From positions 1 to 64,000 of the IMG/VR virus record IMGVR_UViG_3300049736_000695: 64,000 nt of DNA; one strand, 5' to 3'. Under the pieces are notes generated by a model. It ran no database searches and was not told the origin of the DNA. It was given only the letters and a program-made list of their open reading frames with translations. Positions 11,001-18,763 of this stretch are shown here, one piece after another; positions within the stretch are counted from its first letter, which is position 1; every line of letters starts with the position of its first letter. The stretch comes from a virus. Position numbers and translations under genes: made by a program.

Positions 11001-11270
11001 AGGAATTAAAGCCTGAACATATGTAGCATCAATAAGACTTGTTACTTCGGCAGAGTCAAGTTGAGCTTGGGCTACAACCTCTACGGCATCAGCAATTGCT
11101 GCAACTCGTGCAGAGTCAACGAACGCCTGTATTTGATTGCTGCTAGTTTTATAGTAGATTTTTCCGTCGGCAAAGTTAATGGCGAGTTCGCCATAATCTA
11201 GATCGCTATCTACTGGTACTTTACCTACTACGGAAGACCGTTTAAGTAGTACTTTTGGTGTTGTTGTCAT
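5022..11270 (-). CDS. long modular tail fibre protein (2082 aa), about 57 DS motifs
   Basis: N-terminal KRSSV.GKVP...L.YGELAIN..DGK.YY fibre/neck motif, DSAY.QAR repeats, ADTLDG repeats, Gly-rich domain, cupredoxin-like domain, about 7 VYLNG..L...DY repeats, C-terminal ITLP..A..GD.I.IID domain. Confidence 0.85.
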   Translation of the reverse strand: MTTTPKVLLKRSSVVGKVPVDSDLDYGELAINFADGKIYYKTSSNQIQAFVDSARVAAIADAVEVVAQAQLDSAEVTSLIDATYVQALIPESYLATIIDSSYINARSDHYTTANHDSDFEIKYATKSTTNLPEGTNLYYTKARADSDIAASLNDSGNTVSITINNTIEDKVDSAYVLARVQEAPFLDSADAIQLIDSAYIQARQVDLQRDSGFITNVIDSAHVQARQITYDFLDSAEAVAIIDSHVNTAFVNTLNINADTLDGQHGNYYLDYNNFTNKPAILDLTDVSTQVTADVDKAFVDALNVDADTLDGQNGTHYLDYTNFTNTPTIPSFGNNYIDSATVVNIITREGLDSDLVIALVDSAYVALRDRFQDSSLVTSTVTQTFVNSLNIDADNLDGQTGTFYLDYNNFTNTPAIASGGLDSALVIKLVDSAYVSERVSFTAPSSSRTALGLTAVATGTNNATWTFDTDASAENFEGLIHGVQFPGSTTGTVLGFKDAGGKYYSIGDNFNSVGSTRTASASRTNNVVTVSWVGTGYSWVNDTDYVGGIGAAISANGGTLPLISTYSPRINVNTSGGFNNPYVVGDATSGTGYGTSSPVYGATATVAASKSYVSLTNAIDSAYIAERVNALDSAEAIDLIDSAYVRARQQYDYFYITGSTKPTKLSDFDNDVGYITDASFDDFESREFIGNEGGLTDKVYSFIVPTGVTTISAVAIAGGGGGGGVQSGSGGDGGGGGLSYDTSLTVTPGETLTITVGHSGNGGQAPSDPPGAVGSGDAAGNTTIKRSSTVLLQANGGTGGSGASNGSGGSGGTTLSYDGGGNGGVRGAGQYTGNGSTSGAASLLGTSAAALTKLYGEGGTGIANHGKRGAVRIIWGAGRSYPDTNIVQTFNNVYGESGTDSATVISLINSTVDSAYIELRRPVESIFNVTSSGSSAYTFNGDGFSSGRNNPTLYLTRGKTYKFAMAASGHPFQIRVSNGGSAYSTGVTNNGAQTGDILFTPDMNAPTSLVYQCTNHGGMVGNIVILDEVSVPTFGTDYVDSAFVTSQINALIDGAPGTLNTLNEIAAALNDDDSAMDTLLALINAKSDLDSADAINLIDSAYIQARQTTGGGGTVDSADIIAIVDSAYIQARQSSGGGGSAITIQDEGSSLSTAASTINFVGSGVVASGTGATKTITIAGGSGGGSATAVELTQTVFNFNADSGQSSFTGLDVDSGKFQVYLNGLLLPRSDYTHNSSKVDLLVAADSGDVLEVIKFSGNDTGHVAVKQRHYIYTADSGQTLFTGSDDNSQILSYTQDRINVYLNGLLLLDSADYTQNGAGSNVTLINGATVGDIVDIQILSGSTGTFSPLEQTLFEFTADSGQTIFTGSDDNSQSLDFTDDKVTVFLNGVLLANGDYSTSNNNKVTLTTAADSGNLITINRLSGNNVGVDSGRVTTLITSNVDSAYIQARTAAGTDSAAVISLIDSAYINARVNPFDSSHVLNLVDSAYIQLRDRFQDSSGILAIVDSGYVQARQTAQDFAYSSLTGTPTIPTLGTDFVDSAEAIALIDSNYVRLRVTKSDLDMEGNKVLFGNVYDSVGGLPSATNYHGMFAHVHGTGAGYFAHAGNWTRLANYSELSTYGNSNVTTLIDSAYVQARTAAGTDSAATIALITSTVDSDYIGSKVDFTRGEFTTQRSQYTATAAQTVFNHSSIDATHLDVYINGVLQVVNDDYTASTSAVTFGTGVDSGYSVSIIERRGRVATQRALVEAKYYFTTPTPTTSITGNDDNGDTLDYSVGGLDVYLNGILLKDSDDYSTNAGTTVTLVSATDSNDIVTLINRKGVVVSPNVANYEFTATANQTSFSGADINGNTLSYAPGAIQVHMNGIILRAVDYSATNGSTINLVTAASVNDEIIVSAFSNPGQNMELYKFTADSGQTIFQGNDITGTSLAYQTGNIQVFMNGLLLNDSDDYNANNGMSVVLTSGADASDEIKIASFVSNTNAIKTNAWSAPSGTPVTATAGDKLFIDTSTAKTITLPSSASIGDEIRIIDVTGNASSNNITVSRNGHKIQGGTTDLTINVDRAGIGLVYYNVAQGWVLIEN
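10021..10500 (-). repeat. three copies of ADxLDGQxGxxYLDYxNFTNxP repeat within the long fibre
   Basis: Visible in translation (approx. aa 257-417). Confidence 0.8.
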
Positions 11271-11298
11271 TTCGATTCCTAAGAAGGATAGTTAGTGC

Positions 11299-11306
11299 TA
11301 TTTATA
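11299..11306 (-). promoter_or_regulatory. T4-type late promoter TATAAATA
   Basis: Exact consensus, intergenic, upstream of the 2082-aa gene. Confidence 0.8.
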
Positions 11307-11307
11307 C

Positions 11308-12840
11308 TTAATAAGTTCCGCAATCAATAGTTTGTATTTCTACGTTACCCGCAGTTACTAAGAAATCAACCGAATCAAATTTTGCTCCACCTATATTATT
11401 AGATGTGGCCAATTCTGTACTAAGTGTAAGAACACCGGTTGCGTCATTGTAAGCTGCGTCTAGCCCTTCGGCCATTGATAACAAAGCTGCAACTCTGTCA
11501 TCAACTCTTTCATTTGTATAATATAAGTTAGTTCCTTCTGGTAGTACCGTTGTTGATGCATCTGCAAGGTCACTATCAAAATTTGTTTTAGTGTATACTT
11601 GTTCAACATCAATACTAAATACACCAGTAGATGAATTATAATCTAGATCTCCGGTTGCAGAAAGCTGTGATCTAATTTCACTAGCAGAAACTCCGGTAAA
11701 ATCAAATCTGCCTCGAGCAGAATCATAGGCTAAAGTACCAAATCCTGAAGGATTAGTAACAGATAAAGCACTGCGAGCAGCTAGGTCTGCACGTGCATTC
11801 GTATAATATAGATTTGTAGAACCTTCTGGTAATCTATCTGTTGTTGTGTTATTAAGATCGGAATCAAATCCAAGATAAGTTCCCGAGAATGTTGATGTAC
11901 TGATTGTTCCGGAAACATCAATATTATCAGCAAGTATTTTTTTATTAAAGTTCCAAGTGTCTGTAGCCGCTTTATAGAAAATATGTGCGTTTGCACCTTC
12001 TACTGTAATACCTGCAGAATCCGCTGCAACTGCATTTGCAGCACCTGACGCGAGTACAATATTTTTATCATCAACTTGAAGTGTAGTTGAATTAATAGTA
12101 GTCGTTGTACCATCAACCTGTAAGTTACCTGCAATAATAACTGTACCGGTATTACCTGGCGCATGTGGATCAAGCGTAAGGTTACCGCTAGTTGTAGCAA
12201 TTGTATTGCCATTAATATCTACATTGTCAACAGTAAGTCGAGAAAGCCCGAGTACATCAGAATCAAGATGTACTTTAACCTGTACACCACTTACAGTTTC
12301 TTTACGAACAGTATTAAGATTAAAACCACCGTTAATAGTTGCAGTTTCATCAAATCCAAGTTGACCGTCGCCAGTATTAACATCGCCACCAATATTAATT
12401 ACTGCTTTAGTGTCTACGTAATTTTTAGTAGCAGCGTCTTGTGCACTAACCGGATCTACAACATTCCTAATAAGAGATGTAGATGCTTGAATAGAACCGG
12501 CGCCGTTAGGACTGAATGTAATATTACCGTTTGTATCAGTTGACGCAATAGTATTTCCATCAATATTAATATTGTCAATATCGATTTTATTGATTTTACC
12601 ATTTGCATCTGTAATAATAGCACTAGATGGTACAACTGAACCTTTTGGATGGTCCATCATATCGGTGTAATATTTACCACCGATTGTATCTACACCGCCT
12701 GCAGCATTACCAATAAAGAGTCTATCACCACCTGCGCTGTCACCCGTAACAAATGAATAAGCAAGTTCTGCCGGTGTTACAGCACTATCTGGTACTACGG
12801 CAGTAGTGGTACTATTTTTGATTTGAATTTTAATTGCCAC
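11308..12840 (-). CDS. tail/whisker fibre protein
   Basis: GTG start; IDNI.IDGNTI repeats, DP..AQDAATKNYVD, TTTINSTTL.VDDKNI.L, LPEG.TNLYYT repeats, terminal IDCGTY. Confidence 0.8.
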   Translation of the reverse strand: MAIKIQIKNSTTTAVVPDSAVTPAELAYSFVTGDSAGGDRLFIGNAAGGVDTIGGKYYTDMMDHPKGSVVPSSAIITDANGKINKIDIDNINIDGNTIASTDTNGNITFSPNGAGSIQASTSLIRNVVDPVSAQDAATKNYVDTKAVINIGGDVNTGDGQLGFDETATINGGFNLNTVRKETVSGVQVKVHLDSDVLGLSRLTVDNVDINGNTIATTSGNLTLDPHAPGNTGTVIIAGNLQVDGTTTTINSTTLQVDDKNIVLASGAANAVAADSAGITVEGANAHIFYKAATDTWNFNKKILADNIDVSGTISTSTFSGTYLGFDSDLNNTTTDRLPEGSTNLYYTNARADLAARSALSVTNPSGFGTLAYDSARGRFDFTGVSASEIRSQLSATGDLDYNSSTGVFSIDVEQVYTKTNFDSDLADASTTVLPEGTNLYYTNERVDDRVAALLSMAEGLDAAYNDATGVLTLSTELATSNNIGGAKFDSVDFLVTAGNVEIQTIDCGTY

Positions 12841-13037
12841 TAAAATGTACCTCCGGTCAGAAGGTCAACATTCTTCCACAATCCAGTCGAAGCTTCATAT
12901 TGTAAAACATGATCATCTTCTAAATCTCTGATTCGTACATCTAATAGATCATCTAGTCGCTGAGCCTGTGCGCCCACAACTCTACGAACCGGAGTTCCTA
13001 TGGTAATTTTTCTTACGAGAGTTTTTGTTTCAGACAT
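12840..13037 (-). CDS. small virion protein
   Basis: 65 aa, L.DL.DV...VLQY....G.W.N fibre-type motif; translationally coupled. Confidence 0.6.
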   Translation of the reverse strand: MSETKTLVRKITIGTPVRRVVGAQAQRLDDLLDVRIRDLEDDHVLQYEASTGLWKNVDLLTGGTF

Positions 13038-13390
13038 TACGCATCCGTGACATTAGGGTTAACACGTATCTTTCCTTCAAGAACTCTTTCAATGATAGTA
13101 TTTGCTGAATCATCTAAGTAAGAGATCTCTACGTCATACACATAATTACCAACTTTAAGTGCAGTTGTTTGTGTATTTGTCAAAGAGAGTGTTAGTATGC
13201 CACCTGTTGCGTCTGCTATTGCTGTCGAAAAGGAATGAGTGTCTGATGAATCGCTATTAAAGTTGCGTTTCATCTGCGCAGCTGCTGAAAAGTTTGTTAA
13301 ATTTTTTGGATTGCCATTAATATCAACTAATTCTAGTTGAATCGCTATGTCCGACCCTTGGTCGATCGCAAATCTTTCGTATTCTGCCAT
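13037..13390 (-). CDS. virion structural protein (Ig-like fibre-attachment type)
   Basis: IDQGSD...LT.F.A.AQM...G.LTLSLT.TQT.ALK.G.YVYDVEI...RVLEG.I.V.P.VT, typical of marine T4-like structural genes. Confidence 0.65.
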   Translation of the reverse strand: MAEYERFAIDQGSDIAIQLELVDINGNPKNLTNFSAAAQMKRNFNSDSSDTHSFSTAIADATGGILTLSLTNTQTTALKVGNYVYDVEISYLDDSANTIIERVLEGKIRVNPNVTDA

Positions 13391-13433
13391 TTTACCACTC
13401 GATACTAAGTAACTCGAATCATTATTCTAATCT

Positions 13434-13441
13434 TATTTATA
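13434..13441 (-). promoter_or_regulatory. T4-type late promoter TATAAATA for fibre operon
   Basis: Exact consensus, intergenic. Confidence 0.8.
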
Positions 13442-13450
13442 AAAAAAAGT

Positions 13451-13480
13451 GTTTACATTGCTGCATAAATAGTGTATAAT
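13451..13480 (+). promoter_or_regulatory. sigma70/T4-early-type promoter of the enzyme island, with nested late-like CATAAATA
   Basis: GTTTACA, 17-nt spacer, TATAAT; A-tract upstream; AGGAG SD follows; CATAAATA at 13464-13471. Confidence 0.75.
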
Positions 13481-13491
13481 AGGAGATAATA

Positions 13492-14103
13492 ATGCTAGAA
13501 GAACTTTTATCTAGAAGAAAACAAGTTCAACGGTTTAAAGACGATGTTTTTCCGGAAAAAGAGTTAGTTAAAAGTCTCTTAGAAAAAACTTATGAACTGG
13601 TACCATCAAAACAAAATCTTATGCCATATGAAGTATTAGTATTAGGTCCAGATAAAATAAATGAAAAACAAGAATTACTTTACTTATCACAAAATGTACG
13701 ATCTACAGAATCGGGTCACACAAATTCATATCATAATAAACAATTGCTAGCACCATACGTTTTGATTTTTACACAACGATTAGCCTTTCCTCCTAACTTA
13801 CATGTTCAAGATTTAATAAATAAAGGTCATCCATATAGAGAATGTAATGTACATAATTATACAGAATATAGAAATATACCAGCTATTGAAACAGGAATGT
13901 TTATGTTAACATTATCTTGCTTATGTGCAGAAAATAATATTGATGTTTCTTATACTGCTTGCTTGCCGTGCAAAAAAGAAAAATTTAGTTTTATAAACGA
14001 AGATGTGTATATTGTTATGAGTTTAGGATATAAAACGCATATAAGAATGCGAAGCATAAATGAAAACAAACCAACTATTGATGAGGTTATTTCTTGGGTG
14101 TAA
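13492..14103 (+). CDS. nitroreductase-fold flavoprotein
   Basis: RRKQVQRF...P...PSKQNLMPYEVLV N-terminus, IETGMF...L.....ID.SY, SLGY. Confidence 0.65.
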   Translation: MLEELLSRRKQVQRFKDDVFPEKELVKSLLEKTYELVPSKQNLMPYEVLVLGPDKINEKQELLYLSQNVRSTESGHTNSYHNKQLLAPYVLIFTQRLAFPPNLHVQDLINKGHPYRECNVHNYTEYRNIPAIETGMFMLTLSCLCAENNIDVSYTACLPCKKEKFSFINEDVYIVMSLGYKTHIRMRSINENKPTIDEVISWV

Positions 14104-14921
14104 ATATAGTATGTACTGCCAAGCCGTGTGACGGGCTATTTTATTATAGTTATGAATACACTCAGTATCTTAATCATATCGGTATCAAAACTGATATGAT
14201 TATCGTTACACATCCACATTTTACAACTGAGGAATATTTTGATGCCATTACTCAAAAATACACCGCATTTGAAAATGTTATCTTCGATGACTTTGATAAT
14301 ATAGGTCACACACTAATAATGGGTCGCAGTATGATGACGTTACCTTTTATTAATCGTGAATCATATTCTATGGATCAATTGTTATTGCTTCATCTTTTGT
14401 TTAAGTACAGAGTTATTTCCGTATATTCAGAAAATCATCCTATCGTATATCATGACGCGTTAAGTTATTTTTGTCCAGCTCATGTAACTGATCTTTGCGA
14501 TTATGGAATATATCCGGATGGGGAAGGCGTGCATTTTGAAAAGAAAATATTCTTTGATATTCATAAGATGATTGAAAGAGATCGCAAATTCGAATATCTC
14601 TTTAACGGTACAAATAAGGAATATTATGATGCGGCTAAAAAAGTTATAAGTAATTATAAGTCTCATGGAGTAATGATATACAATATAGGACACTACGATT
14701 CGCGAATCAATAATATTATTGTACCTGTTGATAATCTTTTAGGTATTTTTGATAAATATGTTTATACAAAAGAAACACTTGATCCTGCGCCAAGGATTAT
14801 ACAGGAATGTAAATATCATAATAAAGAGATTATATTCGAAGCTACGAATAGAGGTGCTAAAGTTTATTTTGACAGACCAATTGAAAAGCCAAATGTGGAG
14901 GCAATTATAGATGCAATATGA
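14094..14921 (+). CDS. hypothetical protein, possible GT-B-like glycosyltransferase
   Basis: TTG start with GAGG SD; C-terminal DPAPRIIQECKYHNKEI resembles the GT-B E-x7-E-like nucleotide-binding segment. Confidence 0.4.
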   Translation: MGVNIVCTAKPCDGLFYYSYEYTQYLNHIGIKTDMIIVTHPHFTTEEYFDAITQKYTAFENVIFDDFDNIGHTLIMGRSMMTLPFINRESYSMDQLLLLHLLFKYRVISVYSENHPIVYHDALSYFCPAHVTDLCDYGIYPDGEGVHFEKKIFFDIHKMIERDRKFEYLFNGTNKEYYDAAKKVISNYKSHGVMIYNIGHYDSRINNIIVPVDNLLGIFDKYVYTKETLDPAPRIIQECKYHNKEIIFEATNRGAKVYFDRPIEKPNVEAIIDAI

Positions 14922-14932
14922 ATGGAGTATGA

Positions 14933-15619
14933 ATGATACAAGATTCATTAAAAAATAAAAAACACGTTTGGCATTATGATACTAATATAGTTCCGAACGA
15001 ATCAGAAATAGAAGACATAGTAAGAGAATCTTATAAGTTTGGCCAATCAAAACAAAAAGCATTTGCATACGAAATTTTTATCTTAGGACCTGATTCTGAA
15101 CGCAGCCAAAGATTAATGAATTTATGTGACGGAAACAGAATACAAGTTGACATAGATGCATACGGAAATAAAGGTGAAAATACTCATAGTAATATAAAAA
15201 GAAGAATTAATGACGGCCTTGTGCATTTGCTAACAGCCCCATGGACTTTAGTTATTACACCTAGATTGACTGAACCTAATCCTTATATAGCTAAACTATG
15301 GAAAGAATCTGATTCATATTGGCAGCACTTAGACCCTGACTTTTGTGAACGCAATCGACAGATACCACTTGAAGTAGGATTACTAGTAAATACGATCACT
15401 GGAATAACTTTAGATAAAGGCTTAGATATATCATACACACTTTGTGTACCAAAAAAGATAGAAGACATGGAAGATTTTCCTTATCTGACATTTACGCCAA
15501 TACTAATTGTAACTATAGGCAAAGCAAAAAAATATTATTATGAAAGGCTTACTGAAGAAGAAGCTTTAGAATATACTAAACCAGAATTTGAAGAAATATT
15601 TAAGTTTGTAGATAGGTGA
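14933..15619 (+). CDS. second, divergent nitroreductase-fold protein
   Basis: Paralogous to 13492 (SKQ..F.YE...LGP, L.AP..L..T.RL, EVG...GLDISYT.C.P). Confidence 0.6.
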   Translation: MIQDSLKNKKHVWHYDTNIVPNESEIEDIVRESYKFGQSKQKAFAYEIFILGPDSERSQRLMNLCDGNRIQVDIDAYGNKGENTHSNIKRRINDGLVHLLTAPWTLVITPRLTEPNPYIAKLWKESDSYWQHLDPDFCERNRQIPLEVGLLVNTITGITLDKGLDISYTLCVPKKIEDMEDFPYLTFTPILIVTIGKAKKYYYERLTEEEALEYTKPEFEEIFKFVDR

Positions 15620-15623
15620 TATA

Positions 15624-16688
15624 ATGAATTATGAAGGTTGGAATCAAGATTATCTTGAAAATAAAGAAGCATACATGAAACTTTTTGATAAGGTAATGCA
15701 AGAAGATAATGAAAAGAATGTAGAGTTTCTAGAAAAAAAGATAGCAAAATATGTAGGTAGGTCGCATGGTGTTTTAATTAATAGCGCCACTGATGCATTA
15801 CATTATTCGTTAAAGTGTTTAAATATCCAAGAAGGTGATGAGGTTCTAGTGAGTAATTTCTCATGGATATCGTCTGCATCTAGTATCCTTATGACAGGTG
15901 CATATCCTGTATTTTGTGATATTGATTTAGATTCTTACCATATCTCATTTGATGAAATTAAAAAGAACACTACGAGTAAAACTAAAGCCCTTATTTACAC
16001 TCATCTGTTTGGCAATATGACCGAAACAAAAGAGATAGAAAAATACTGTAAAGAAAACAACATAGCATTTATTGAGGATTCTGCACAATCACTCGGTTCA
16101 ATCTATAAAAGTAGATATGCTGGCTCGATCGGTGATATTAGTTCTTTTAGTTTTAATCATAACAAAGTTATATCCGGTATTTCCGGCGGTGGTATTATTC
16201 TTACTGATAATAAAGAACATGCTGATATGGCTCGTAAACTAAGACGTCATGGTAAAGGTGATGACTATGAAATACTCGGATATAATTCAAAGATGTTTTA
16301 TATTAATGCTGCCTTTATTGAGTTTAGATTTGATAAGATAAAAGAGTATCAAATGGCAAGAACTAAAGTTGCCTATAAATATTATGAGGCATTACAGGAT
16401 ATACCTATTATAACTCAGGAACCAGATGATATGACTGTGCTACATAATTACCATAAATTTGTGGTAAGATTTGAAAATAAAGAAATACGTGATGAAGTTA
16501 AAGATGAGTTAGGTGCAAAGATTCATTACGATTTACCGCTTGATCGCAATAAAGTTTTCTATCGACCTTATCACGCAAATAGCAATGCACAAATAGCAAG
16601 TGATACAATATTATCTTTGCCTTGTCATCCCTATGTAACAGAAGAAGAAGTACTAAAAACTAGTATGGTAATTGGATGTATGGCATGA
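15624..16688 (+). CDS. DegT/DnrJ/EryC1/StrS PLP-dependent sugar aminotransferase
   Basis: NSATDAL, GDEV, PVFCDID, HLFG, IEDSAQSLG, SFSFNHNK (PLP Lys), GGGII, LSLP.HP. Confidence 0.92.
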   Translation: MNYEGWNQDYLENKEAYMKLFDKVMQEDNEKNVEFLEKKIAKYVGRSHGVLINSATDALHYSLKCLNIQEGDEVLVSNFSWISSASSILMTGAYPVFCDIDLDSYHISFDEIKKNTTSKTKALIYTHLFGNMTETKEIEKYCKENNIAFIEDSAQSLGSIYKSRYAGSIGDISSFSFNHNKVISGISGGGIILTDNKEHADMARKLRRHGKGDDYEILGYNSKMFYINAAFIEFRFDKIKEYQMARTKVAYKYYEALQDIPIITQEPDDMTVLHNYHKFVVRFENKEIRDEVKDELGAKIHYDLPLDRNKVFYRPYHANSNAQIASDTILSLPCHPYVTEEEVLKTSMVIGCMA

Positions 16689-17335
16689 ACAGCGTTAATC
16701 ATAAAAAGCAAATGTATTTTTTAACTAGACGTAGTATTAATGTTGATATAACACACCGATGTTCATTAGAATGTCCTCGCTGTCAAAGATCCACATCTTT
16801 TATTTCCCATGGCATCAAGGTTCCAGGTGAAGATCTATCAATACAAAATTTTGCAAAGATAGTAAAGCATTTCAATCATGTAAACTTTTGTGGTCAAGTA
16901 TCTGATCCAGTACATCATCCTAAGTTCGTAGAGTTTCTAGAAATACTGTATAAAGAAAACAAAAGTACAGCTGTGCATCATGCTTCTGCCGCAAAAGGTA
17001 TGAATTGGTATCATAAAGCGTTTAAAGCTAATCCACACGCAAGATGGTGGTTAGCTCTAGATGGAACTCCAGATAGTAGCCCTATGTATAGAATAAACCA
17101 AGATGGATGGAAAATGTATGAAATAATGAAAATTGCTAAAGAACACTTGACAAATACTCCAGTTTGGCAATTTATAGTTTTTAGTTATAACGAAGACGAA
17201 ATGGAAATAGCACATAAAATGGCTAAAGAAATAGGCATAGATTTTGTAATAATAAACTCGTCTAGATGGCTAGGAAAAGACGATCCATTGAAACCATCAA
17301 ATCCTGAATTATCGTTGAGTTTGAATGATGGATGA
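16685..17335 (+). CDS. radical SAM protein (no fused SPASM)
   Basis: CSLECPRC; FCGQVSDP; LDG; WQFIVF.YNE; start set at ATGA overlap 16685. Confidence 0.85.
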   Translation: MNSVNHKKQMYFLTRRSINVDITHRCSLECPRCQRSTSFISHGIKVPGEDLSIQNFAKIVKHFNHVNFCGQVSDPVHHPKFVEFLEILYKENKSTAVHHASAAKGMNWYHKAFKANPHARWWLALDGTPDSSPMYRINQDGWKMYEIMKIAKEHLTNTPVWQFIVFSYNEDEMEIAHKMAKEIGIDFVIINSSRWLGKDDPLKPSNPELSLSLNDG

Positions 17336-17753
17336 AAAACAAAAACAGGCTCTGTATAATCCTGAAAGAACTGCAGTAGATGATGCTGAATTTTCTGAAT
17401 GGAAGAGTTATGAGCTGGATCCTAAATGCTTAGATGACAGACAGCCATCGTTTGCTTTGACTAATAGAGGTGAATTAATCCCATGTTGTTGGATGGACAC
17501 CCAAGTTAATCGTCATGATGAAGATTACCAAAAACTATTAGCAGTAAGTAAAATAGAAGATTATGATTCAATAGGTGAAATACTATTTACTGATGAATGG
17601 ATACAGTTTTCAAAAAATATTTCAAATGGTATTGGCTTTATATTCTGTTACCGAGCGTGTAAAAAAAGAGAAACTCCACAACAGAAACGTGAAAGCTTTT
17701 ATAAAAATGACGCATCGGATTTAGATGATATATCAAGAATCAAAGAATTATAA
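17325..17753 (+). CDS. stand-alone SPASM/twitch-like Fe-S protein
   Basis: PKC...G.LIPCCW...CYRAC cysteine pattern. Confidence 0.65.
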   Translation: MMDEKQKQALYNPERTAVDDAEFSEWKSYELDPKCLDDRQPSFALTNRGELIPCCWMDTQVNRHDEDYQKLLAVSKIEDYDSIGEILFTDEWIQFSKNISNGIGFIFCYRACKKRETPQQKRESFYKNDASDLDDISRIKEL

Positions 17754-17765
17754 GAGATTTATTTA

Positions 17766-18467
17766 ATGTGGTCTAAATATAATTGTAATGTGCTGTGTGA
17801 TCTTACGACTCATTGTAATGCTAAGTGTCCTCAGTGTTCTAGAACTAATCATAAAGGATTAACTCGAAACGAATACGTACCATTAAAACATGTTGATCTA
17901 AAAGAATGGATTGATATGTATGAAAAGTCGTATTCACATATCAGATCATTTCATTTCTCTGGGCAATGGGGAGACGCAATGATGAATCCTTATGTTGAAG
18001 ATATATTTAAGCATATAGTAGATAATTCAAAAGCTTGGATTAGTTTTTCTACAAATGGATCGTTAAGAGACGAAGAATTTTTTTGGCGTATTGGATCACT
18101 AACAAATAAAATATCGGGTATTTTTGACATGGATGGTATTACGCAAGAAACGCATGAATATTATAGACGCAATACAAATCTAAGTAAAGTAATGAATAAC
18201 TGTGAAACATTTGCAATGACTAATTCTAAGACCGAAGTCTTTACTGTTGTGTTTAAACATAATCAACATGAAATTGATAAAATAACTAAATGGTGTAACG
18301 ACCGCGGTATTGTTCATAAGCCTTTTCAATCAAATCGTTTTATAAGAACTCCTACGTGCAAATACACATGGAAAGGCAAAGAATATATATTAGAGCAAAC
18401 AACAGATAAAAGATTCTTAGATGTATATGAAGAAGACGGTAGGACGGTAAGAGATTGGCGAAAATAG
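17766..18467 (+). CDS. radical SAM protein
   Basis: CNAKCPQC; FSGQWGD; STNGS; DMDG; VFKHNQHEI. Confidence 0.88.
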   Translation: MWSKYNCNVLCDLTTHCNAKCPQCSRTNHKGLTRNEYVPLKHVDLKEWIDMYEKSYSHIRSFHFSGQWGDAMMNPYVEDIFKHIVDNSKAWISFSTNGSLRDEEFFWRIGSLTNKISGIFDMDGITQETHEYYRRNTNLSKVMNNCETFAMTNSKTEVFTVVFKHNQHEIDKITKWCNDRGIVHKPFQSNRFIRTPTCKYTWKGKEYILEQTTDKRFLDVYEEDGRTVRDWRK

Positions 18468-18763
18468 TTTGTGAGTGGGCTGAAGATAATAAAGTCTATG
18501 TTGATGAAAATGGTAATGTATACCCATGCTGTTATTGGCATCATGAAATTAGAACGCGGAGAGTTGAAATTCAGCCAGAGTTTATTATAAATTACAGTAA
18601 ACAAGTAGATATTGGTAAGTGGAACTTAAAAGATCAGTCGTTGATTGAAATTACAAATAGTGATTTTTATCAACGTGAATTAAAAGAACATATTGAAGGC
18701 GAATCGCCCAATAAAGTTTGTAAATGGCAATGTGGTAATGAAAAGCATAAAACAGCTGAATGA
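18455..18763 (+). CDS. stand-alone SPASM/twitch-like Fe-S protein (TTG start or -1 fusion to upstream)
   Basis: IVC...VYVD.NG.VYPCC...NL...SL.EI...CKWQC. Confidence 0.7.
   Translation: MAKIVCEWAEDNKVYVDENGNVYPCCYWHHEIRTRRVEIQPEFIINYSKQVDIGKWNLKDQSLIEITNSDFYQRELKEHIEGESPNKVCKWQCGNEKHKTAE

Noticed and set aside
5022-11270. GxDS motifs as acyl-carrier phosphopantetheine sites
   Set aside because: No ACP-sized four-helix domains, +1 residue rarely Leu, and no PPTase/PKS/NRPS genes in the window.
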